Notes under the pieces: generated by a model
The model's database searches: none
The model's input: only the letters and a program-made list of their open reading frames with translations
What the model was told of the DNA's origin: nothing
Assembly: GCA_950097015.1 (NCBI GenBank)
Contig: CATNEN010000001.1
Location: 22,940,001 to 23,004,000 of the forward strand
DNA length: 64,000 nucleotides
Direction: 5' to 3'
From: Macrostomum hystrix
Taxonomy: Eukaryota; Animalia; Platyhelminthes
In this document: positions 55,328-64,000 of the stretch, piece after piece
How the letters are laid out: every line of letters starts with the position of its first letter
Numbering within the stretch: position 1 is the stretch's first letter
Made by a program: the position numbers and the translations under genes

Positions 55328-58300
55328 ATGCCGCTTCTAAAGACCCGAGTTTCCCGTCAGATCTTTGTTCTGTGCTTCATTTTTCTGCTCTCCGGGTTCG
55401 GCATCTGCTCAGGCAGATCCGTCAGCATCGAGAGCTTGGGCTGCTTCCGTGACGCATCACTGCGAGATTTGAGAGGCCTACAGGGAGTGAAGCAGCTGCT
55501 TGGTTACACAGTGCACTCCACTGCTCACGCGGTCATAAACGCGGCAATGACTCACCAGTTGTGCAGCACTGTGTGCTCAAAGGGCGGCTTTGCTTACATG
55601 GGCCTGCAGTTTCGTACGGAGTGCTACTGCGGCAACTCCTACGGCGCTTACGGTCGATATCCCGACAGCGACTGCAACCGAGTTTGCGGCGGCAACTCGG
55701 CGCAAATTTGCGGCGGCGCCAGCAGGAACTCTGTGTTCGCGCTAAAGTACAATTGTAAGTTGGACTAACTCTAATGATGTTTAATGTTCTGAGACTCGTT
55801 TCTAGCTATAGTAGTATCTAGTCAACCTCAGTATCTAGTCAACCTCAGTATCTAGTCAACTTCAGTATCTAGTCAACCTCAGTATCTAGTCAGCCTCAGT
55901 ATCTAGTCAACCTCAGTATCCAGTCAACCTCAGTATCTAGTCAGCCTCAGTATCTAGTCAACCTCAGTATCCAGTCAACCTCAGTATCTAGTCAACCTCA
56001 GTATCTAGTCAACCTCAGTATCCAGTCAACTTCAGTATCCAGTCAACCTCAGTATCCAGTCAACCTCAGTATCCAGTCAACCTCAGTATCCAGTCAACCT
56101 CAGTATCTAGTCAACCTCAGTATCCAGTCAACCTCAGTATCTAGTCAACCTCAGTATCAGTCAACCTCAGTATCTAGTCAACCTCAGTATCTAGTCAACC
56201 TCAGTATCCAGTCAACCTCAGTATCCAGTCACTTCAGTATCTAGTCAACCTCAGTATCCAGTCAACCTCAGATCCAGTACCTCAGTATCTAGTCAACCTC
56301 AGTATCTAGTCAACCTCAGTATCCAGTCAACCTCAGTATCCAGTCAACCTCAGTATCTAGTCAACCTCAGTATCTAGTCAACCTCAGTATCTAGTCAACT
56401 TCAGTATCTAGTCAACCTCAGTATCTAGTCAACCTCAGTATCCAGTCAACCTCAGTATCCAGTCAACCTCAGTATCTAGTCAACCTCAGTATCCAGTCAA
56501 CCTCAGTATCCAGTCAACCTCAGTATCTAGTCAACCTCAGTATCTAGTCAACCTCAGTATCTAGTCAACCTCAGTATCTAGTCAACCTCAGTATCCAGTC
56601 AACCTCAGTATCCAGTCAACCTCAGTATCTAGTCAACCTCAGTATCCAGTCAACCTCAGTATCCAGTCAACCTCAGTATCTAGTCAACCTCAGTATCTAG
56701 TCAACCTCAGTATCTAGTCAACTTCAGTATCTAGTCAACCTCAGTATCTAGTCAACCTCAGTATCTAGTCAACCTCAGTATCTAGTCAACCTCAGTATCT
56801 AGTCAACCTCAGTATCTAGTCAACTTCAGTATCTAGTCAACCTCAGTATCTAGTCAACCTCAGTATCCAGTCAACCTCAGTATCTAGTCAACCTCAGTAT
56901 CCAGTCAACCTCAGTATCTAGTCAACCTCAGTATCCAGTCAACCTCAGTATCTAGTCAACCTCAGTATCCAGTCAACCTCAGTATCCAGTCAACCTCAGT
57001 ATCTAGTCAACCTCAGTATCTAGTCAACCTCAGTATCTAGTCAACCTCAGTATCTAGTCAACCTCAGTATCCAGTCAACCTCAGTATCCAGTCAACCTCA
57101 GTATCTAGTCAACCTCAGTATCTAGTCAACCTCAGTATCCAGTCAACCTCAGTATCCAGTCAACCTCAGTATCTAGTCAACCTCAGTATCTAGTCAACCT
57201 CAGTATCTAGTCAACCTCAGTATCTAGTTAACCTCAGTATCCAGTCAACCTCAGTATCCAGTCAACCTCAGTATCCAGTCAACCTCAGTATCTAGTCAAC
57301 CTCAGTATCTAGTCAACTTCAGTATCTAGTCAACCTCAGTATCTAGTCAACCTCAGTATCTAGTCAACCTCAGTATCTAGTCAACCTCAGTATCTAGTCA
57401 ACCTCAGTATCTAGTCAACCTCAGTATCTAGTCAACTTCAGTATCTAGTCAACCTCAGTATCTAGTCAACCTCAGTATCTAGTCAACCTCAGTATCTAGT
57501 CAACCTCAGTATCTAGTCAACCTCAGTATCTAGTCAACCTCAGTATCTAGTCAACTTCAGTATCCAGTCAACCTCAGTATCTAGTCAACCTCAGTATCTA
57601 GTCAACCTCAGTATCCAGTCAACCTCAGTATCTAGTCAACTTCAGTATCTAGTCAACTTCAGTATCTAGTCAACCTCAGTATCCAGTCAACCTCAGTATC
57701 CAGTCAACTTCAGTATCTAGTCAACTTCAGTATCTAGTCAACTTCAGTATCTAGTCAACTTCAGTATCTAGTCAACTTCAGTATCTAGTCAACCTCAGTA
57801 TCCAGTCAACCTCAGTATCCAGTCAACCTCAGTATCTAGTCAACCTCAGTATCCAGTCAACCTCAGTATCCAGTCAACCTCAGTATCTAGTCAACCTCAG
57901 TATCCAGTCAACTTCAGTATCTAGTCAACTTCAGTATCTAGTCAACCTTCAGTATCTAGTCAACCTCAGTATCTAGTCAACCTCAGTATCCAGTCAACCT
58001 CAGTATCCAGTCAACTTCAGTATCTAGTCAACCTTCAGTATCTAGTCAACCTCAGTATCCAGTCAACCTCAGTATCTAGTCAACTTCAGTATCTAGTCAA
58101 CCTCAGTATCCAGTCAACCTCAGTATCCAGTCAACTTCAGTATCTAGTCAACTTCAGTATCTAGTCAACCTCAGTATCCAGTCAACCTCAGTATCCAGTC
58201 AACTTCAGTATCTAGTCAACTTCAGTATCTAGTCAACTTCAGTATCTAGTCAACTTCAGTATCCAGTCAACTTCAGTATCTAGTCAACTTCAGTATCTAG

Positions 58301-60522
58301 TCAACTTCAGTATCTAGTCAACCTCAGTATCTAGTCAACCTCAGTATCTAGTCAACTTCAGTATCTAGTCAACTTCAGTATCTAGTCAACCTCAGTATCC
58401 AGTCAACCTCAGTATCCAGTCAACTTCAGTATCTAGTCAACTTCAGTATCTAGTCAACCTCAGTATCTAGTCAACCTCAGTATCCAGTCAACCTCAGTAT
58501 CCAGTCAACCTCAGTATCCAGTCAACCTCAGTATCCAGTCAACCACAGTATCTAGTCAACCTCAGTATCTAGTCAACCTCAGTATCTAGTCAGCCTCAGT
58601 ATCTAGTCAACCTCAGTATCCAGTCAACCTCAGTATCTAGTCAGCCTCAGTATCTAGTCAACCTCAGTATCCAGTCAACCTCAGTATCTAGTCAACCTCA
58701 GTATCTAGTCAACCTCAGTATCCAGTCAACCTCAGTATCCAGTCAACCTCAGTATCCAGTCAACCTCAGTATCCAGTCAACCTCAGTATCCAGTCAACCT
58801 CAGTATCCAGTCAACCTCAGTATCCAGTCAACCTCAGTATCCAGTCAACCTCAGTATCCAGTCAACCACAGTATCTAGTCAACCTCAGTATCTAGTCAAC
58901 CTCAGTATCTAGTCAACCTTAGTATCTAGTCAACCTCAGTATCTAGTCAACCTCAGTATCTAGTTAACCTCAGTATCCAGTCAACCTCAGTATCCAGTCA
59001 ACCTCAGTATCTAGTCAACCTCAGTATCCAGTCAACCTCAGTATCTAGTTAACTTCAGTATCCAGTCAACCTCAGTATCTAGTCAACCTCAGTATCTAGT
59101 CAACCTCAGTATCTAGTCAGCCTCAGTATCCAGTCAACCTCAGTATCTAGTCAACCTCAGTATCTAGTCAACCTCAGTATCTAGTCAACTTCAGTATCTA
59201 GTCAACCTCAGTATCTAGTCAACCTCAGTATCTAGTCAACCTCAGTATCTAGTCAACCTCAGTATCTAGTCAACCTCAGTATCTAGTCAACCTCAGTATC
59301 TAGTCAACTTCAGTATCCAGTCAACCTCAGTATCTAGTCAACCTCAGTATCCAGTCAACCTCAGTATCTAGTCAACCTCAGTATCTAGTCAACCTCAGTA
59401 TCTAGTCAACCTCAGTATCTAGTCAACCTCAGTATCCAGTCAACTTCAGTATCTAGTCAACTTCAGTATCTAGTCAACCTCAGTATCCAGTCAACCTCAG
59501 TATCCAGTCAACTTCAGTATCTAGTCAACTTCAGTATCTAGTCAACCTCAGTATCCAGTCAACCTCAGTATCCAGTCAACTTCAGTATCTAGTCAACCTT
59601 AGTATCTAGTCAACCTCAGTATCTAGTCAACCTCAGTATCTAGTTAACCTCAGTATCCAGTCAACCTCAGTATCTAGTCAACCTCAGTATCCAGTCAACC
59701 TCAGTATCCAGTCAACCTCAGTATCCAGTCAACCGCAGTATCTAGTCAACCTCAGTATCTAGTCAACCTCAGTATCTAGTCAACATCAGTATTACATTCA
59801 GCAAAAATTTCGATTCTGGACGTGTTGAAACGAGGTTGAAATTAAGGACAGCCCGCCCTCTGTTGTTGTCTATGGTCGAATTCGTTAGATATGCACAGCG
59901 GGCGGGCTGCCGTTAGTTTCAACCACGTTTCAACACACGCAGGCTAACTACAATATACCAATATTGATAGGCTGAAGAGGGCTGAAACGAGGTACGAGCG
60001 TAAAACGTTAAGGCGCGTAGCGAATGAGTACGAAACGTGTGAAAGGTTCCTATCTTGCTAGTGCATTTTCCGTGAAAATCAGCCTTTAAAATTTTTTCCA
60101 CGAAACGAGGTGCGCCATCCTTCTTCTTCTAGTGGTCCTTGGAGGAAGCTTAAACTAGCTAAACATAGTTTGTTGCTAAGGAGAGTAAAAATATTACTTG
60201 CAGCTTTAAAATGTGTCAATGCACTTCTAGTTTTCAGAACACAGCTTAAACTTAATTTTTCAACTCAATTATTAAACATTTGGCAATTTCAGATCCGAAC
60301 CAGTTTACTCAATCAACAATAGCCTATGTCACTGTCAGCTCCCCAGCCTCATTCTACATTACTGTGAGTGTCAGCAGCCTGAAGGAGTGCTTGTACAGGT
60401 GCAATGTGAATTGTCAGGCAGTGTTCTACAGTCGGTCTAAGCAGCACTGTCACCTGCTGCTATTCACACTGTTGCCGCAAACTTTTAGTGAAACAGATGA
60501 CGATTTTTTCACTCGAGTCTAA
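55328..60522 (+). CDS. Secreted WSC + PAN/apple-like domain protein, gene 3 (218 aa, most divergent paralog)
   Basis: Exons 55328-55754 (T|GTAAGT) and 60293-60522 (TTTCAG|AT), with the same phase-1 intron position and 230-nt exon 2 as the paralogs. 'LGCFRD..MTHQLCSTVC..ECYCGN..CGG..NSVF'; 'CLYRCNVNCQAVFYS....CHLL'. Confidence 0.85.
55812..59791. repeat. 17-bp satellite (AGTATCYAGTCAACYTC)n, about 234 units (about 4 kb), filling the intron of WSC-PAN gene 3
   Basis: Direct tandem repeat with TAG/CAG and CC/CT variants. Confidence 0.98.
59821..59939. mobile_element. Fold-back element / mini-MITE with about 38-bp inverted arms
   Basis: GTGTTGAAACGAGGTTGAAATTAAGGACAGCCCGCCC is inverted relative to GGGCGGGCTGCCGTTAGTTTCAACCACGTTTCAACAC. 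Confidence 0.6.
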
Positions 60523-60564
60523 CGAGTGAAATTTCAGGAACAGAATTATGAATGAATAAGTGCG

Positions 60565-60565
<1 letters not shown>

Positions 60566-60600
<35 letters not shown>

Positions 60601-60627
60601 ACTGCTACTGCTGCTGCTACTGCTGCA
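60566..60627. repeat. (CTG/CTA)n microsatellite in the 3' flank of gene 3
   Basis: About 20 triplets read directly. Confidence 0.9.
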
Positions 60628-60759
60628 TCCCTTATAAGCTAAGCTTGTTTCAAGAAACACTTCTGTTTTGTCTGTAAGAAATTTTGTATCCGAAAGCAAA
60701 TTTTCCATTGAAGGTTAATTAGATGTTAATAATAAGTGCAGGAGGGCTGCGGGCAATGG

Positions 60760-61071
60760 CACATCATTTGCTGAGACTAGACCCAGGAGGCAATTCTGCC
60801 CATTCAGCTGACTCCTGAGCACACAGGTACTGTATGCAGGCACACACTCACGCGGGTGTGTACATCTGCCCTGACTTTCTCATCGTCAGGCAGTGTACAC
60901 TCTCACTGTGCCTAGGAGGTTGGCCCTAAAAGGCGCAAATTGCAGCACAAGCCCCCAAGCCCTCTCTCCGCGGCTGCACCCAAAATGAATGTGGCCTCGC
61001 GCTTGTGGAATCGTGCTCAGGGACCTTGGTGCGAGTACTAAACGAGTTAAACCGCTTTGCCACTCAGCCCC
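60760..61071 (-). mobile_element. tRNA-derived SINE, family A
   Basis: Reverse complement of the 39302 copy over its whole length. Confidence 0.75.
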
Positions 61072-61707
61072 ATATATTGAATGCTAATTGTTATTAAGAC
61101 GCAATTTCGTGAAGCAACTTAGCTAATAAATAAATTGAGGAGTTGGCTAAGCTATGCCATGGTTGTCCCAATCTGATTGGTTGACTTCATTATTTGTTTT
61201 TGTCGCCCCAATCCCTCGTCACTTAACCCAACCAATCCAGTGCGAGACACTCCAGTGGTCAGTTGTATTGTCACGACTTCATTGTTGCATGCGATCTACT
61301 CGTAGAATATAAAAAAACAAAAATTAAATATAATATACTATTTCGTTCTAATTCACAGCATCGATGGATTAAGACATGCTAATTAAAAAAAAGGCGTATG
61401 CAATGCTCCAATAAAAGGTACAGTGGCGTTAGTACCTATGAACTTTAGTCTAATATTGAAATCTAAATTTCTTCTACAAACAACTAAAATCAGTATGCAT
61501 TGCAAATAGGCAACAATTCTATAATTAAGTACTCATTAATTTAAGGATTATTATTTACTTAAAGTAGTAAATAATGCCCCGAAACTTTAAAATTAGAGTA
61601 ACCAACCGCAAGGAAGGAACCACACGTCTATAAATCGTTATGGCCACCCATATAGCTCTCTAGATTAACTTGTTTTATCGGCTGGTTAATCGCCAAAAGC
61701 AGCGGCA

Positions 61708-62646
61708 ATGAAACTTGCGGGCGGAAAAGCCGCGATAGCCTTACTCTGCCTTCTCTTCGTAAAGTGCGGCTCGGCTGTCAGGTACTACAGCCGCAGGTAC
61801 GTCGGCTGCTACTCTGACACCGTGGCATCCAGAGACCTGACGGCTCTGGCTAACGTTACCTCAATGCAGGGCTACTCGGTGCACCAGACGGCGCACGCCG
61901 TCATTGTCGGCTCCATGACGCTGGAGCTGTGCGCCAATGTCTGCAGCCTCGGCGGATTTCCCTACATGGGCATCCAGATGGCACAGGAGTGCTACTGCGG
62001 CTGGAGCTACGGCAGGAACGGACTAGCCGCTGCCGGGGCCTGCTACTTGGGTTGCGGTGGCAACGCTTCGCAGAATTGCGGCGGCGCCAATGCGAACTCT
62101 GTCTATGGCCTGAAGTACACATGTGAGCGAACTCTTGCTACTTGTCGATGGCGTTTGGGTGATTTTTAATCATAATAATAATATTCACAGAGTGCAGTTT
62201 GTACTGAGTGAAGACACACTCACGCCGGTGTGTACGTTTGCAAGCAGACTTTCTCACCGTCAGTCTATTTACACTCTCGCTGTGCCTTCTAGGTTAGTTC
62301 TAGGGCTTCTCTTCACGAGATGAGATGACCTTTGTGCGAGAGCCGAATGCGTTAATCGCTCTGACATTCACTCCCTACCGATTGATGACGTTGGTTTCCC
62401 GCGCTTCTCATTACAGACACCGACTTGTTCAAAACCTCCAGCCGAGACAGCATCAGTGTGCTCAGCGGCTTCTCCGCCTACAGGAGCATCACATCCGACC
62501 TCGCCATCCGGTGCCTTGAGCAGTGCGGCTCGGACTGCCAGGCTGTCATCTTCAACCCGCAGCAGCAGCTCTGCAGCTTGCTGAAGTTCGCCCTGGTGCC
62601 CACAGAGTTGAGCGGCATCGGTGGCGACTTCTTCGTCAGGTTCTGA
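61708..62646 (+). CDS. Secreted WSC + PAN/apple-like domain protein, gene 4 (214 aa)
   Basis: Exons 61708-62122 (T|GTGAGC) and 62417-62646 (TTACAG|AC). Signal peptide, WSC 'YVGCYSD...MTLELCANVC...ECYCG', and PAN 'CLEQCGSDCQAVIFN....CSLL'. Confidence 0.88.
62200..62360 (-). mobile_element. Degenerate family A SINE in the intron of gene 4
   Basis: CACACTCACGCCGGTGTGTAC...GACTTTCTCACCGTCAG...TACACTCTCGCTGTGCC...GCGTTAA. Confidence 0.6.
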
Positions 62647-63100
62647 CTGCCGGACAACCATGATATCCAATGTCAGAAGAGATTGAAACAGAGAGTTACA
62701 AGTAGAAAGGGAGTGTGTGATATACTTATGCCGAGACCTGTGTTTGTGAGCGTTTTTTAATAGAGGTAGCTTTAAGGTTACTAATGTGAACGATTGATAA
62801 CTCTATAATTTCATCTGTACCTTTTGTAAGTTTTTTCTGCAACTCTCTTATCACTAGTTCGATTCTTCAGAATTGGCTAGATGTGCTAGATGTGCTTGAT
62901 CTTTATTGACAAATTCTGAAGTAAGTTATACATTTCTATGAGCATAGCTAATATTACACAGTTAATTCTGGTTGGTAAGTTGTTGTTTATCTTCCGCCTC
63001 TGATAATTGCTGTTTTGCTGTTTTTTTCTCGAACAGAGAATCTAAATTTTGTGAAAAAAACTCGAAGCAATGATAAGTTAACATTTTTCTTTCTGATCTT

Positions 63101-63836
63101 AAGGACCAGGTCTGAAGTACCGGGTCTAAAGGACCAGGTCTAAAGGAAGGGCTCTAAAGGACCAGGTCTAAAGGAAGGGCTCTAAAGGACCAGGTCTGAA
63201 GTACCGGGTCTAAAGGACCAGGTCTAAAGGACCAGGTCTAAAGGAAGGGCTCTAAAGGACCGGGTCTAAAGGACCGGGGCTGAAGGACCGGGGCTGAAGG
63301 ACCGGGGCTGAAGGACCGGGGCTGAAGGACCGGGGCTGATGGACCGGGGCTGAAGGACCGGAGGCTGAAGGACCGGGGCTGAAGGACCGGAGGCTGAAGG
63401 ACCGGGGCTGAAGGACCGGGGCTGAAGGACCGGGGCTGAAGGACCGGGGCTGAAGGACCGGAGGCTGAAGGACCAGAGGCTGAAGGACCGGGGCTGAAGG
63501 ACCGGGGCTGATGGACCGGGGCTGAAGGACCGGGGCTGAAGGACCGGGGCTGAAGGACCGGAGGCTGAAGGACCGGGGCTGAAGGACCGGAGGCTGAAGG
63601 ACCGGGGCTGAAGGACCGGGGCTGATGGACCGGGGCTGAAGGACCGGAGGCTGAAGGACCGGGGCTGAAGGACCGGAGGCTGAAGGACCAGAGGCTGAAG
63701 GACCGGGGCTGAAGGACCGGAGGCTGAAGGACCAGAGGCTGAAGGACCGGGGCTGAAGGACCGGAGGCTGAAGGACCGGAGGCTGAAGGACCAGAGGCTA
63801 AAGGGCCGGGCTGAAGGGCCGGGGCTGAAGGACCGA
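63101..63836. repeat. 14/15-bp minisatellite (AAGGACCGGGGCTG)n, about 50 units
   Basis: Direct tandem repeat grading from AAGGACCAGGTCTA units to AAGGACCGG(A)GGCTG units. Confidence 0.95.
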
Positions 63837-64000
63837 CCTTGCAAGTCCTGTGCATCATAGCCTAGCCAGCACTTACAACCGGAGTCTGGGCTACCAAATA
63901 GCACTTCCAGTGGTTGAGTTAATTAAAATTTAGAGTCTGTGGTATTTTTCAAAAAAACTAACGACGGATACCCCTAAAAATTTACGATCCTCAAGCAGAC

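Noticed and set aside
12158-63836. Tandem arrays as CRISPR arrays
   Set aside because: Units are head-to-tail with no unique spacers, there are no cas genes, and the context is an intron-containing eukaryote.

Overview
Eukaryotic (metazoan) genomic DNA with GT-AG introns. Gene content and minisatellite richness suggest a lophotrochozoan such as a macrostomid flatworm; this is inference only. In order: (1) the 3' end of a polycystin-1-family (PKD1-like) gene (+); (2) a complete 7-exon CSPG4/NG2/kon-tiki-like proteoglycan gene (-, about 2539 aa); (3) head-to-head with it, a 10-exon synaptotagmin-like (Slp/bitesize-type, SHD plus two C2 domains) gene (+, about 774 aa), whose last intron holds an intronless SLC22 transporter gene on the same strand; (4) a repeat-rich accessory region (about 40.8-64 kb). 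That region has four two-exon genes for small secreted signal peptide-WSC-PAN/apple proteins, orphan partial exon-2 copies, a second apparently 5'-truncated SLC22, a recent tandem duplication of about 6 kb, a Helitron-like element carrying a minisatellite, a Tc1/IS630-like transposase relic and several different minisatellites. Two tRNA-derived SINE families and one TIR-bearing non-autonomous element family are dispersed across the window. No CRISPR, rRNA or bona fide tRNA was found. All gene models were assembled by eye from splice signals and codon phase; no database search was run.
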